A stretch of 64,000 nt of DNA from a virus, in the IMG/VR virus record IMGVR_UViG_3300020455_000616; one strand, written 5' to 3'. This document shows positions 42,501 to 50,219 of the stretch, piece by piece (the stretch's first letter is position 1; the number at the start of each line of letters is the position of its first letter). Under the pieces are notes generated by a model. The model had not been told where the DNA came from. It did not search any database and saw only the letters and a list, made by a program, of their open reading frames with translations. A program made the position numbers and the translations under genes.

Positions 42501-45500
42501 TCTTGGATCTTCACTTAAAATATCACCACTTAGATGAGAAGCAAAGGTTGAAACTCCAGTAATATCTCTTTGTACTCTAATTCTCTTAGATGAACTATCA
42601 ATATTCAATATTTTAACAATCTCAGAATTAATAATATAGAAGTCATTTACAACAGTAGTTGGGAAAGTTAAATCACCATCCACACTGAAATATGTCGTAA
42701 TGCCTGTAGATTGGGCAGTACCAACATTATTCCTTAAAACAAGTTGGTTAGTAGAGACACCAACAGTATAATTTTTAGATAACTCTGTAGATAATAAATT
42801 TAGATTCTGTAAATCTATAATATCACCAGCATTAAATTCATGAGAAACAGTTCCAAATCCAACAAATCTACCTTTACCTAAAGTTGGAGTAAACTGTATA
42901 TGATTAAATTTCTTAGTAGTATATGTAATATTAGTTACTTCTGGTCCTAAAATTTGCCCTATACGTGCATATGCGCCACCACCTTGAGTTCCTTCATCAT
43001 TAAAGAAGATATTATCAGAAATATTATACTTATCACCTGGTGCAATAATATTAAGTGAATCGACTGCTCCTGAAGATGCTGATACAACCTCAGTAAAACC
43101 TTCACTGAATACATTGGGTTGAAGGAATCCTTTATACCTAGAGTTTTTACCTCTAATACCATATTGACTGGTATAACGTATATAATTACCATCATTTAGA
43201 TTAGTAAAACTTAAAGTAGCAAATTGACTGAAATTATAAGTTTGAGGTAATCCTTTAAATTGAGGACCTATAGCATATGGGAATACTGGTTTTAGATACC
43301 CCGCAAATGGTCCTGCAACCTCTGCAGAAGCGTCAACTGTTAAGAAGTAAGCATATGTACCATTAGGGAATTCAGGGGTCTTACAGAAGCGTCCATTGAA
43401 CTCATCTAAATCACCTTTACCAACAAATTTATAATCTTCGATAAACATACCAGATCCATAACTTGGTGGTCTGATACCAGACACATCAACTCTTAATTCA
43501 TAACTGGTTTCTATTCTCTTAACTGCACCACCCTCTCTATCTGCATATCCATAAGGACCATAGATTGGGAATCCATCAAATGCCCATCCTATAATAGGAG
43601 AGTGGTATTTGTCTGTATTAGTTTCGTTTAATATGTCTGCTCTAAAAATTACACTTCCATCAATGTCAATTGAAGTTGATAGAACCTTTCTTCTAAGTTC
43701 TCTAGGAGCAAATGCATGTGTATACTCAATCTCTTTACTAGAATCAAGTGAAAGTGCCAATACACCATCATCTTGAGGTATTTCACCTGTTAACATCAAT
43801 TTTTGTACTAAGTTAATAGTCCAAGATTTAATTTGAGCATTAAATTTAGCACCACTACCAGTTGATATAACAAATAGATTTGTATTAGTGTTTTTATAAC
43901 CAAATCCACTATTAATAATTTTTACATCAACAAGTTTACCATCAACAATAATTGGATTTAAGATTGCACCATTACCATCACCAGTAATCTCAATAACTGG
44001 TGGAGAGTTATATCCAGATCCTGAATTATTGATAATAATATCAATAATCTTACCTTCAGATGATACTAGTGGACTTACTTGTGCATTTTCACCATTTATT
44101 AAACTAATTACAGGTTGTCTATTATAGTTAAGAATTTCAGCATCACCATAATTTTCACCATGAGAACTTAACGAGATAGATTCTATATCACCAGTAAATA
44201 CGGGATTAATTTTTGCTCTAAAGTCTTGTCCTGCAAAAGTTCCAACACCAATTGGTCCTTCAATCTTTACTTCAATTGGAGTGTATACTAGTTTGTGAAT
44301 TCCTGTTCCAGTATCTGGGAAATCAACAAATCTATTATTAACGTAATAGTAATCATCACCAAGACTATCACCAGTACTAACAATTCTTCTCTCAGCAAGT
44401 CTAATATTATCTTTATCTATTACATTGACTAAAAATTGTGTAGTTGAAGCAACACCAACAGGGAAAGAACCACCTTCATTAATGAATTGTACAAGTTCCC
44501 TATCTTTAAGACTATGATCCTGAATATTGAGTTTGTTATCAAATATATCTACCTTAGATGGTTGGAAATAAAGGGTTTTATTCCTATAGTCATAACCAGC
44601 ATTAACAACTTCAATAGAAGATATAACCTTTTTCTTCTCAAATGCTTCTATAGTTTGTAGACCAGAACCATATGTGGTTATTCCTACAGTATTAATTCCA
44701 ATAATAGCATCATCTATATTGGTATGAAGTTTAATTGATTTTTCATCTACAAGACTAGCAAAATAGATTGCTTGATTGGATAGTCCACCTAATACTGCTT
44801 GATCTTCAGATTTGTATATAACCTTCTCTTGAGGTCTTAATTTGTGGTATGTAGCAAACCCAATTACATTAGTGGCAAGATCTACATCAATATACTCTGC
44901 ACCTGCATTAAAATTAATCTTATGAGTAAGGTTGGATACATTACATTGCGCTTCTGCACCAGTACCTTGACCACCAGTAATAGTTACTTTTGGAGTTGTA
45001 ATATAATCAAAACCAGTTTCAATTACATCAATTCTCTTTAAAGACCCATTAATATTACATACACCAGTAGCACCTGTACCAACATTAGTAGTTCCTGCTC
45101 CAATACCATCTTCAATATGTAATGCTGGTGGATTAATTACATCATAATTTGAATCACCAGATGAAGTAACCTGAACCTCGTCAATTTGACCATAATATAC
45201 TAAATCACTAGATTTATAGTTTGTTAATTCAACTCCATTAACAAACATACCAGTTTGTCCAGGTGTTGTATCAACTTGTACTCCACCTAATTTTGGTTTA
45301 CTAAACTTTCTAACAAGATCCTGTCTTTTAAGAGATTTTCCTCTAAAATCAAGTAATTCAAGTTTATTATTTGTTACTGTACCAAAAACACTTATAAAAA
45401 TACCATTCCTAATATTTGATTTACTAGTAGCAAGACTAATTGTACTTGCATTTACCTTTTTAATAAAATACTGCCCTTCGGGTATATTAAGTGGAATATT

Positions 45501-47282
45501 ATTATTAGCACTATACCAAACAGGGTCACCAGTAAAGAATGGATTTGATCCAATTATTAACTGATCTCCATTAAACTGTCCACTAAACAACATTGATAGT
45601 GGTTTTGGATCTATTGGGGTATTAAAGTAATCAGGTAATGAAGGTGATACAGCATATGTGTTATCATCATCGTCAATATACATGTTCTGCATATTTGCAG
45701 ACATATTTGCCAATTCAGGAAGATTGACAGCAGCAACTTTTGATATCCCTCGTCTAATAATATATTTTACATTTACAATAGGAATATTAGCAGGTAAGTT
45801 AACATCAAAACTCTTATCATCCGCAACACCAAGAACACTAACATCATAAACAGTGCCATCATTAGCAGTTAGTGTACCAATGTCACCTAAAGTGAATACA
45901 TGAGAATCAAATGTCTCTACTCTATATTGAGCAGCACCATTAATGTTATTTGTTAGTTTTACTAATCCAGCAACATCATATTCTGGTGTAATATTTAAAA
46001 TCCAACTCTTAAGAATTTGATCTTCAGAATCATGACCAAGAGAGACTATTTCTACTTGATCTCCTTCTTGATAATAGTTAGATCCTTGTCTGTCAAAGGT
46101 TAATTGACCAAGAACACCACTTATTTTAACTCTTATCTCTTCACCAGCAGAATTAATAGTATATGCAAAATCTGGTGTCTCAACAGTCGTATCAACAGGG
46201 ATACTAATTGGAGAACTTAAACCAAAGAATTGAGTAGATGACTTAGATGTGTATGAAATCTCATAAGTAACTCCATCTACAACTACACTTAAAATGCCAG
46301 AATCAGGGAAACTAATAGTAGAATCAACATCTATCCAAACCTGATTTAAACCTACTGCTGCAGTAATTTTAGTTTTAGGATGTACTGAAAATTTAAACTG
46401 CTCAAGATCAGGGTTATAGTCTAAACTTAATCTGAAATATGATACTCCATCTTTAATTATCTCTTCTACTGAAGTAATAGAACCAGTTGCTTTTACAAGA
46501 TTAGGTGTCTCATCTTGGAAAAGAGTTCTATTTACTAAGTCATTTGGATCACCTTGTAATTGCTTAACAACTAAATCTCTAACAATTCTATAATCCGCAT
46601 CTGATGCTTGCAGTAAAAAGTCCCTTGGTTTAACAATTGATACATCAACACCAAAAATTACCTTAAAAAGTATGTCAAAGGATGATGTAGAACCTTTAGA
46701 AGAATAGAAATCTTTTAATCTAGATACAATATTCTTTTCATTTACTGCATCAAAGAATTTAACCTCTTCAAAACCAGGTGTATATTGCTTCTTAAACTTC
46801 TTATAAAACTCAAATAGGAATAATGCATGTAAATTATAAACAACCGTGTCAGAGGCGTGTGTAGACACCCCTGTTTGACTAAAAATAAGACTGTCGTCTT
46901 CTTGTCCCTTATAAGAGGTTATTCCACTAAATCCTCTTGAGCAATTAACAAAGGAGACAGGAGTTTTTGATTCATAACTGATAATCTCACTATCAATTTG
47001 AATTAAACCGTTATTATCAGGAAAACCTTGTGTATTATCTACTTCTATTGTATCAGAGAACAAATCACTACTAGATGTAGTATTTGTTGTATAGACTAAT
47101 TCAGATAAATTCTCTAACCTTACATATTGATCAATATTATTAAGTATATCAGTAGGACCAGCAGGAGACTCCAATGATCCATAGTAAGACCTAAGAAACC
47201 CCTGAAATTCAGGAAAATTATCTTTTACAAAATTGGGAAGATGATCCTGTACTAAATGACGGACCTTTACTCTATTATGCAT
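30588..47282 (-). CDS. gp7: Giant baseplate wedge initiator with repeat, YHYH and carbohydrate-binding-like domains
   Basis: 5564 aa between gp6 and gp8. N-terminus QDHLPNFVKDNFPEFQGFL...RLKDFYSSKGSTSSFDILFKVIF; later MHDNDYYQYFSYAVRS...NHTTGYKKFG motif. Confidence 0.85.
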   Translation of the reverse strand: MHNRVKVRHLVQDHLPNFVKDNFPEFQGFLRSYYGSLESPAGPTDILNNIDQYVRLENLSELVYTTNTTSSSDLFSDTIEVDNTQGFPDNNGLIQIDSEIISYESKTPVSFVNCSRGFSGITSYKGQEDDSLIFSQTGVSTHASDTVVYNLHALFLFEFYKKFKKQYTPGFEEVKFFDAVNEKNIVSRLKDFYSSKGSTSSFDILFKVIFGVDVSIVKPRDFLLQASDADYRIVRDLVVKQLQGDPNDLVNRTLFQDETPNLVKATGSITSVEEIIKDGVSYFRLSLDYNPDLEQFKFSVHPKTKITAAVGLNQVWIDVDSTISFPDSGILSVVVDGVTYEISYTSKSSTQFFGLSSPISIPVDTTVETPDFAYTINSAGEEIRVKISGVLGQLTFDRQGSNYYQEGDQVEIVSLGHDSEDQILKSWILNITPEYDVAGLVKLTNNINGAAQYRVETFDSHVFTLGDIGTLTANDGTVYDVSVLGVADDKSFDVNLPANIPIVNVKYIIRRGISKVAAVNLPELANMSANMQNMYIDDDDNTYAVSPSLPDYFNTPIDPKPLSMLFSGQFNGDQLIIGSNPFFTGDPVWYSANNNIPLNIPEGQYFIKKVNASTISLATSKSNIRNGIFISVFGTVTNNKLELLDFRGKSLKRQDLVRKFSKPKLGGVQVDTTPGQTGMFVNGVELTNYKSSDLVYYGQIDEVQVTSSGDSNYDVINPPALHIEDGIGAGTTNVGTGATGVCNINGSLKRIDVIETGFDYITTPKVTITGGQGTGAEAQCNVSNLTHKINFNAGAEYIDVDLATNVIGFATYHKLRPQEKVIYKSEDQAVLGGLSNQAIYFASLVDEKSIKLHTNIDDAIIGINTVGITTYGSGLQTIEAFEKKKVISSIEVVNAGYDYRNKTLYFQPSKVDIFDNKLNIQDHSLKDRELVQFINEGGSFPVGVASTTQFLVNVIDKDNIRLAERRIVSTGDSLGDDYYYVNNRFVDFPDTGTGIHKLVYTPIEVKIEGPIGVGTFAGQDFRAKINPVFTGDIESISLSSHGENYGDAEILNYNRQPVISLINGENAQVSPLVSSEGKIIDIIINNSGSGYNSPPVIEITGDGNGAILNPIIVDGKLVDVKIINSGFGYKNTNTNLFVISTGSGAKFNAQIKSWTINLVQKLMLTGEIPQDDGVLALSLDSSKEIEYTHAFAPRELRRKVLSTSIDIDGSVIFRADILNETNTDKYHSPIIGWAFDGFPIYGPYGYADREGGAVKRIETSYELRVDVSGIRPPSYGSGMFIEDYKFVGKGDLDEFNGRFCKTPEFPNGTYAYFLTVDASAEVAGPFAGYLKPVFPYAIGPQFKGLPQTYNFSQFATLSFTNLNDGNYIRYTSQYGIRGKNSRYKGFLQPNVFSEGFTEVVSASSGAVDSLNIIAPGDKYNISDNIFFNDEGTQGGGAYARIGQILGPEVTNITYTTKKFNHIQFTPTLGKGRFVGFGTVSHEFNAGDIIDLQNLNLLSTELSKNYTVGVSTNQLVLRNNVGTAQSTGITTYFSVDGDLTFPTTVVNDFYIINSEIVKILNIDSSSKRIRVQRDITGVSTFASHLSGDILSEDPRRFTINTGFQTTTQYKIDRTLYFEPEEVAGVISENLVVYSDPVSPSLTGGTWTKATAGNGIGTVTFYHSKTPDGNISAAKVGIATTTSATDTIVIQNGTFTLSGNVHTVSAFLKGDQGGEEVWMILQDTGVNVYYHQKVTLTRDWKRFKFTVATNANPHRMKFGADGVAVGSGTTIRATLNSRPIFYVAGLQVEQSEFMTPYIATYDTQVLASAKKVGKTYLQNPGAGIDKISPIKDSFYIPGHGLKTGEKIIYNVGAGSSGPNVSASGTSYYLTDNTTLYAAVHDENFIGISTNQIGIGTTGNFVGLGTTASMGLLTIDTPGTGRLHSFKTAYDNIITGDILKKTATVSTGASHYLSEGDFVDLTVTSGIQTTVVVKYDDGNRRLLIDPRGFLEADVDTDNNRFTIVDHGWTTGTKVLHNSSSPTGGINNSQIYYVIVIDQNTIKLSNNYYKQITSNEGVQIVGISSASFGTFSPINPEIKAYRNNTVVFDLSDSSLSNSGLSAFDFNVFRDSAFTDLYFTSEANAGISTIVLDFHVKKNGTIGQQNANLTLIIDKSTPNNLYYNLQPIKSSGAAASKTEMLSDTFQITNPNRLSIVSSKYDAKTTVSGLTTNTFNYTLFDTPERPSYSTGEAAIIYQTTSATATGPVGTIALDSGGAGYKSLPYVSKVVSAAGTGALFLPRSRSIGKLNEVVLTDIGFDYPADNTLRPAASLPATYKIEPLSKFERVKVKDPGVNYFLTPDIVVVDGFTGRVNTEAFLRYDVGDTEVEIVRNTTGLYNVTPVLMPTNNPNGTRIDSITFDSSTLDVTVAFAVTFSSIDAYPYKVGNRILVENTNTLNSVGRGYNSAAYAYKLFTLTEADANVGGDFPTIKYSLSGLLNPGEQPGEFDSFESFGTITPESYFPTFEVFLEKDSFAKGEFITNQLDNSGVVQDYDNRNEFLKVRSADQFNKGDVIIGQSTQNQGLISSVDGIKGTYSISSNSITKKGFLKDTGKLNRFFQRMHDNDYYQYFSYAVRSSISFEKWNAYVSNLNHTTGYKKFGELLADSYDPSIVGMGTAQDLNAFIAVSDLTSVVDLNMIKDFDTAREKAITVNNKLVSNEILFGLPFLAKYQEFIGNRVLPIDDFSAEFDGVKRDFGLFCAGDPIFEQSFDGSDDTVVDTNEQSINLVNHYFVSGEEIEYIPPGNDFANAIVIDSTDFGPGIGTTTKLPGSFHVIKLDNQKVQVAVSATDSLRFNPVFVGIASVGIGTTHIFRGKDPNNRLLLTVNGTIQSPVVATGNTFAVGSSSVGVGTTVFGISGISSIFSGDLVKVNDETMLVAGVDKTNNLLTVRRAWMGSTAATHAGLSTITKLVGNFSIVENDIHFSEAAWGNQPIGFGTTATDSNEIDYTGLTTSSRFSGRVFLRSAINEAFTTSFVKAYDNNFVFDDLSSKFNGITTSFILKYKGNDIDTITAGNAIVLINDIFQGPQRLGNEITTIQGDYKIEQHNSNTQTLLGFNGTISDYDSNKDINVNDVPRGGIIVSVGSTDGYGFQPLVAAGGTAVVSSAGTITAVAIGLTGSGYRSGLQTVGVAIQTRSVGIASYTYVGNATITGGHVTDVVVDRVARFYKPRNIINVGYSSITGITTIQTTQKHGLDLGDEITVVGAAFTCDYYAPIDLTNAVYNNTTGIMTVSVASTSVPISDFIYTNTTGIATITTTLPHNIVKQTAVGRTFALSGIALTCVGYGQTFAVHSAQYDQTTGIATIFTVGNHGLTATEDVKLRQLNFTCPLGGAEGYGQQFGINGFTYDNLTGLCTVTTATSIAGVIGVGSEVRLDNIGLNCAFGNSIYPDGTQGYTFTALTVPTSNQFTFNAGVSTLPHTYVSGGTVNAGITTSVFPDGSQGYSFKTIGVAATSFTTNVGVSSIRHTWNNGGVVQVGITTSIFPGNAQNSPTGDTFACIDAPNMYTLTFQAGISTIPHSYVSGGEVILGHKLKVGTDIALTGLGMTCGMSTEVHTYPRNRDTITDTSVAIIADGTDHTVSNAAYNPTTGIMTLTINNHGFHVGDKVKLAEKSLTFTCAKNNHASTHSYPRKNDPIYGQWVGIANTTVNTLKIQVLETIPSTNVDAHTFVSASNNGLTHNNGTITLDVGPSGPKHQFTHTFDGADTFTPTGVAYNPTTGVMTLTIANHPFRDGDYVGIAQSAITFTCVQDGHGSNHAYPRATDPINNKWIAATNITTDTFDVQVLDTIPSTNVGVHTFVSATTGGISRSVLRTGGVYNHLFVSAETDSISVGGTNTKYTPTNVSYAATDGSLVLTIPNHNLSGAATTTATGAAYDGNTGILTCTVSGGHNITNGQWIKFADESLTFKCGLDSFNSEHKYPRAADPAGTNWLQANVTSITTFEVQVLESIPSTNTSVHAFFAAAANGIKIAQNTIGIATESIKLSCDMDKHGSEHVYPRRTDPIYRKTIGVASTTSDTITVDVGISTIIPYGVSTATYDPATGNLVLGIGTHHLSKGTSVKVATGSLVFTCSQDSNVTKHRYPRAGDPIYAGTKVSRINSNTEFEINVGVANVPTYYKSGGYLEEIILAPRAVNNSPSTQDVAFDGTAVTNILNEYTFECDSGISPYAHFYKRAGEVTQDIKVRVDSPLGYEDIPLIYSEDNIITGLGTGATVDIEVSNVSGVSNFEINKFGYAYGSDDILTVAIGGTVGIPTFATKTSNAVKPVVYGGRYPHTFVGAANSAVISGGAYAHTFVSALTNGVSVTGVGNFTPTDATYDASTGDMVLTIAGHPYTTSQTVGLSTGAITFKCLMDGDATNHAYPRPGDPVLGYGVTAITAKDTNTITINVGASTTVGYSVNNATYDPVTGEMVLTIPDHGLKGSEDYTVTHALYNAGTGGMSLTLAGITTLNAITVGDRVRFVDNSVNFTCTLDPNASAKSYPRATDPSSNKWLPVVGVTTDNIDVMVGASVTVYYTPVGAEYNSSTGYMTLAIGEHDLNIGEPILIADNSINFQCSQDNYATAHQYPRPGTDPISGIGTPITGVGDTSITLFVGIGTDSDHRFIAGLSSATNAVRSGGNYPHTFVSASANGLQKAGESIRLSENGLTFKCEMDDYSSEHSYPRSTKNETRFVRSAAGSVVPNVGTALTPTAAYYDGNTGNLVLTFPEHNLTAGSNTVGIITGGITFTCDLDDYRTEHPYPRTTDPAHNATIGIAATTLTTITIDVGKSGITTSDPYYNSAVSVGATTANTISLNIGKAPAEKRFKVMDADYDGFTGEMILTVGQHSLKTGDRIRLANESLIFTCSSDNYGSKNAYPRKTDPIYGGVGIASTTPTTIRMNVGMAPIGKRYVHQFVGVGSYSEFQLTVDETYASKFSGWNVGDFLVLDDITPFFNGTRRLFPLSVNGDRISFFARANAGINLQSNLLVFVNDILQTPGEGYTFTGGSTLRFSEAPKGGVTGFTTTGDKCKVLMYTGTQSIDVREVDVLPTLKVGDDVQLYSDTDVTFNQDERLVMDVKSADSVTTNNYAGQGVTPNELLTRPISWSKQDVDKIIDTNEVGKDRVYYEPVINPQTNILETIGVNSSSVFVYSLRSLFDDPKEAMLAADREKVELITQENIEYATATTTISNGAVSAITVTNPGFGYTAAPIVTVQKPFDVVGVATAATATATIGAGGTVTGISVGMGGTGYIFGPLTSLSIAQNGIGFPFLDASTNVMLGAKLNSVTGSGRGASINIDISTLNYEVSAISIVEGGTGYQPGDTLSVDVYDNVGLGTTNRRWALTTPIKFTVGAISGPEVMIAPPTRKVEDVPKSTVEGDYGIIVGIGTTTIVGVASTGITFDFYIPQDSKLKSGFSLVQSGIQTGYLFNVTGTGVNGPLTTLRADNSVLGIGTTCMDATFEVAHYSHNTRFIPPEISGTSVGIATTVTTVVAKIANFTNVVGYGTTASYGDYTWGKVNLTIRLGTKQIFEAVHGTSQSGIGSNPVIRRKNPLRYKGYIIS
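32600..36570 (-). repeat. About 12 protein modules carrying C-x8-H-x-YPR-x2-DP
   Basis: Counted in the supplied translation, e.g. TFTCAKNNHASTHSYPRKNDP and TFTCVQDGHGSNHAYPRATDP; two copies lack the His. Confidence 0.85.
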
Positions 47283-47286
47283 ATCT

Positions 47287-49194
47287 TTATAGTCTTACGT
47301 AATCCCCGTTTAGGTAGCTAGACGATACTATATATCCCGATCCTGAGAGTTCTGCTCCAGAAGCAATTGAATCGGAAACCATTGTTAATGAAGAAGATTC
47401 AGAACTTAATTGTAAGTATAAATCTTGTTTTCCAATGATGTCATTGGACTTTGGTATGGCAGAGAATTCGATAATCTCATCACCAGATGCTTTTTTAGCA
47501 GTAGATATAATGTTAACTGCGTTAATTAGTACCTCACCCTTTACATAATCAATAGTACCAACATTTTTTCGTACAACTACAGGTTGCTGTTTAGCATCAA
47601 GTCTAATCATAACCATAGTTCCTGTTAAGAATCCTGCATCAGGTACATCAGTGAAGTAAACAGTTCCCGTTACACCACTAATACCAACACCAGAAGTCTT
47701 AATATTGTATCCTGAAGTATTCTTAATATGGAATTCATTACCAAAACATACTTCATATTCTGCAAATTGATTCATTAAGACCCTAAGATCTCTTCTAATT
47801 TGCACATTTGTAATGTTTGAAGTGATAGCACTACCAGAATCATCAATCAGTTTAAGGAATTTACTGTATTTAAATCTTGAACCATACTTATTTAAATCTG
47901 TAGACTTACTATACTTCTCAATATTAGAAGCAATTGTCTTTTTAAGTGTTGCTGCGTCACCAGTATTAGCATTATAATAGACAGCAGACTCATATTCAAT
48001 GTAAAGGTACTTCAAATCAATGAATTCAGGGATAATTCCTGCAACTGCATACTTCTTCAGAGCAATTTTTAGGTTATCTTTGATGTTATTTGGTAAATAT
48101 GTACCATTTTTAGGTTTAACTGTGATATAAACCTTACCAAATTGAGGTGGAGTTAACTCTTCACCACCAAAAACAGATACAGACTCGGTTTCTGGGAAGA
48201 TCTGAGGTAAAATAGTCTCATAATCAGTAGCAGTTACTGCTCTATTCTGGGAAGCATAGACTCTAGGAGCAAACTTCTTGATAGAAGAGATAGTTTCAAT
48301 GGCAGTACCACCACCTGATGCCTCATCAACCGTTATAATTGGAGAAGATACCTTAACACTGTTGCCATTATTGTCAAATAATCGCCCTACAAAGGTAAAA
48401 TCAGATACTCCATTAGCATCTTGTGCTGCTGTAGTGATATAAGAAGCAATAATATAGTTACCATCCTGTAATTTACGTCCAAAAACACCATCACCAAAGA
48501 ATAATTCATATTTTTGGTCTTGAATTTCATTCAAAAAGAAAACATCTTGAGTTGCATCAACTTCAGTGATGTTATTGACGTACTTATACTTCCTACTAAT
48601 GGAACTTGTCTTCGATTCTCTTACGTCTATTCTCAATAAGGTAGTATCTATAGCGTTGTTATTGAGAATGAACCTCTGATCCTTGTTTAAACTGTCATAG
48701 GTGAAGGATTCTGTAAGGTATATCCCTTCATAAACATCAATTCCTGAAAAAGTAGCAATTCCACCCGATACAGGGATTGTTATATCCTCTGGGATGGAGA
48801 AAGTAAAGGATTGAGTACCAAAATTTGATGAACTAGTACATACAATACCCTTCCTAAGAGTCAATGTAATAGGATTAGTCCCTAATGTTGCTGTAGAGAC
48901 GAAAAATGATATCTTTGCCTTCGCTGATATGGGTGATCTCGGTATATAACCAACATTTCTTGCTAATGATACGACATTTTCCCTTAAAGTCGCAGCATCA
49001 ATGAACACCTCATTCGCTAACATGTTAGCATTATAAGAGGAGATGTATGTATTGTATGCTAAGGTGTCTAAAAGGATAGAAAAGTTTGATCCATCAAAGT
49101 CAAAGTCTGTAAAGTCACTATTTGTACGTAGATAACTCTTAATTTGACTTTTTATTTGGTCAAAATCTAAATTTGAAAAATTTACTAACGCCAT
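47287..49194 (-). CDS. gp6: Baseplate wedge subunit
   Basis: LDFDQIKSQIKSYL, FTDFDFDGSNFSILLDTLAYNT and RAVTATDYE motifs. Confidence 0.96.
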   Translation of the reverse strand: MALVNFSNLDFDQIKSQIKSYLRTNSDFTDFDFDGSNFSILLDTLAYNTYISSYNANMLANEVFIDAATLRENVVSLARNVGYIPRSPISAKAKISFFVSTATLGTNPITLTLRKGIVCTSSSNFGTQSFTFSIPEDITIPVSGGIATFSGIDVYEGIYLTESFTYDSLNKDQRFILNNNAIDTTLLRIDVRESKTSSISRKYKYVNNITEVDATQDVFFLNEIQDQKYELFFGDGVFGRKLQDGNYIIASYITTAAQDANGVSDFTFVGRLFDNNGNSVKVSSPIITVDEASGGGTAIETISSIKKFAPRVYASQNRAVTATDYETILPQIFPETESVSVFGGEELTPPQFGKVYITVKPKNGTYLPNNIKDNLKIALKKYAVAGIIPEFIDLKYLYIEYESAVYYNANTGDAATLKKTIASNIEKYSKSTDLNKYGSRFKYSKFLKLIDDSGSAITSNITNVQIRRDLRVLMNQFAEYEVCFGNEFHIKNTSGYNIKTSGVGISGVTGTVYFTDVPDAGFLTGTMVMIRLDAKQQPVVVRKNVGTIDYVKGEVLINAVNIISTAKKASGDEIIEFSAIPKSNDIIGKQDLYLQLSSESSSLTMVSDSIASGAELSGSGYIVSSSYLNGDYVRL

Positions 49195-49197
49195 TAT

Positions 49198-49599
49198 TTA
49201 CCTAGTAGGAAGCAACACGAATTCTAACTGTTGCGGTTGTGCATCAATTCCAACTATTAGATAGATTACAGTTACATTCATTGCATTACCCCTAAAATCG
49301 GGTTCTACAGAGACTGTATCTACTTCTACTCGTGGTTCATAATTTTCTATTACAGTTTCAATCTCTCTTCTCAAGTTATCTGCTGTAAAGGTGTCAATTG
49401 TCTCAAAAAGGAGTCTGTTAACCGCACAACCAAGATCAGGATCAAATATTTTTTCCCCCTGTATAGTCAATACAAGGTTTTGAACGGAACGTGCAATAGC
49501 AGACTCATTCTTAAGTACCAAAAGGTCTTTAGTAATGGGATTCCTTTTTAAAGACAAACTAATATCTTTAAATCCAATGCTGGACCGCTCTAGAGGCAT
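49198..49599 (-). CDS. gp25: Baseplate wedge subunit (lysozyme-like fold)
   Basis: DISLSLKRNP...AIARSVQNLVLT...GEKIFDPDLG...IENYEPRV motifs; ATAAATA at 49602-49608. Confidence 0.93.
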   Translation of the reverse strand: MPLERSSIGFKDISLSLKRNPITKDLLVLKNESAIARSVQNLVLTIQGEKIFDPDLGCAVNRLLFETIDTFTADNLRREIETVIENYEPRVEVDTVSVEPDFRGNAMNVTVIYLIVGIDAQPQQLEFVLLPTR

Positions 49600-49621
49600 G
49601 ATATTTATTAGTTATTAATTA

Positions 49622-49789
49622 TTATTTAGCGACTTCCCAATCAGTTCCTACTTCGGTAGGATCATATAGTTCTTCTTTGTGTAAGTTTCGATTGCGTTTA
49701 GCAGTCTTATCCAAATACTTGTCTGAATCTGTTTCAGTTAAGAGACCGCTATCTTTAGCAGTATAATCAGGGTTTACCCAAATATCCAT
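49622..49789 (-). CDS. 55-aa hypothetical protein (not in the ORF track)
   Basis: Hand translation MDIWVNPDYTAKDSGLLTETDSDKYLDKTAKRNRNLHKEELYDPTEVGTDWEVAK*, downstream of a late promoter. Confidence 0.7.
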   Translation of the reverse strand: MDIWVNPDYTAKDSGLLTETDSDKYLDKTAKRNRNLHKEELYDPTEVGTDWEVAK

Positions 49790-49814
49790 GAGTTCGAGGG
49801 GGTTGGTCGTACTA

Positions 49815-49822
49815 TATTTATA
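49815..49822 (-). promoter_or_regulatory. Late promoter TATAAATA at the start of the structural cluster
   Basis: tatttata at 49815-49822, just downstream of a terminator. Confidence 0.8.
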
Positions 49823-49829
49823 CGGTAAT

Positions 49830-49854
49830 AAAAAAGCATCCGTGGAGGATGCTT
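49830..49854 (-). terminator. Rho-independent terminator
   Basis: Stem AAGCATCC/GGATGCTT followed by a T-run on the minus strand. Confidence 0.8.
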
Positions 49855-49893
49855 AAAGAAAACGAGCGATTGCGGCGGTTATGTCTTTTAAAT

Positions 49894-50046
49894 TTATTTG
49901 CCTTGTCCTTTATATCTCTTCTTGGCACTATTTCGAGACGTTGCGGCATATTTTGTATGCTTACCTCTTCCTTGACGAGACTTTTTCGGGGTAGTCTCTA
50001 CAAATTGGAATGATCCGAATTGTCCTGATTTAGTCTTGACTGGCAT
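49894..50046 (-). CDS. 50-aa highly basic protein (not in the ORF track)
   Basis: MPVKTKSGQFGSFQFVETTPKKSRQGRGKHTKYAATSRNSAKKRYKGQGK*; resembles a small basic ORF I recognise from cyanomyoviruses. Confidence 0.7.
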   Translation of the reverse strand: MPVKTKSGQFGSFQFVETTPKKSRQGRGKHTKYAATSRNSAKKRYKGQGK

Positions 50047-50048
50047 TA

Positions 50049-50219
50049 CTATCTCCGTTGTGGTTGTACATCAATTTTTTCTGGGTCTATATTGTTTACT
50101 GTGTCCGAGAAAAAGCGGTCTGCTAAGTCTTGTAGAACCTCGCCCAACTCATCTTCAGTGAGGCACTGATAAAGTACCTCGTTGTCATAGTATAGATTAT
50201 ATAAGGTTCCGTTGTTCAT
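50049..50219 (-). CDS. Hypothetical protein
   Basis: The start at 50219 (MNNGTLYNLYY) overlaps the upstream stop (TAATG); the track's longer start is unlikely. Confidence 0.7.
   Translation of the reverse strand: MNNGTLYNLYYDNEVLYQCLTEDELGEVLQDLADRFFSDTVNNIDPEKIDVQPQRR

Noticed and set aside
8389-45849. Many 60-130-aa plus-strand or alternate-frame ORFs overlapping structural genes
   Set aside because: All are nested in long, well-supported minus-strand genes and show low-information composition.
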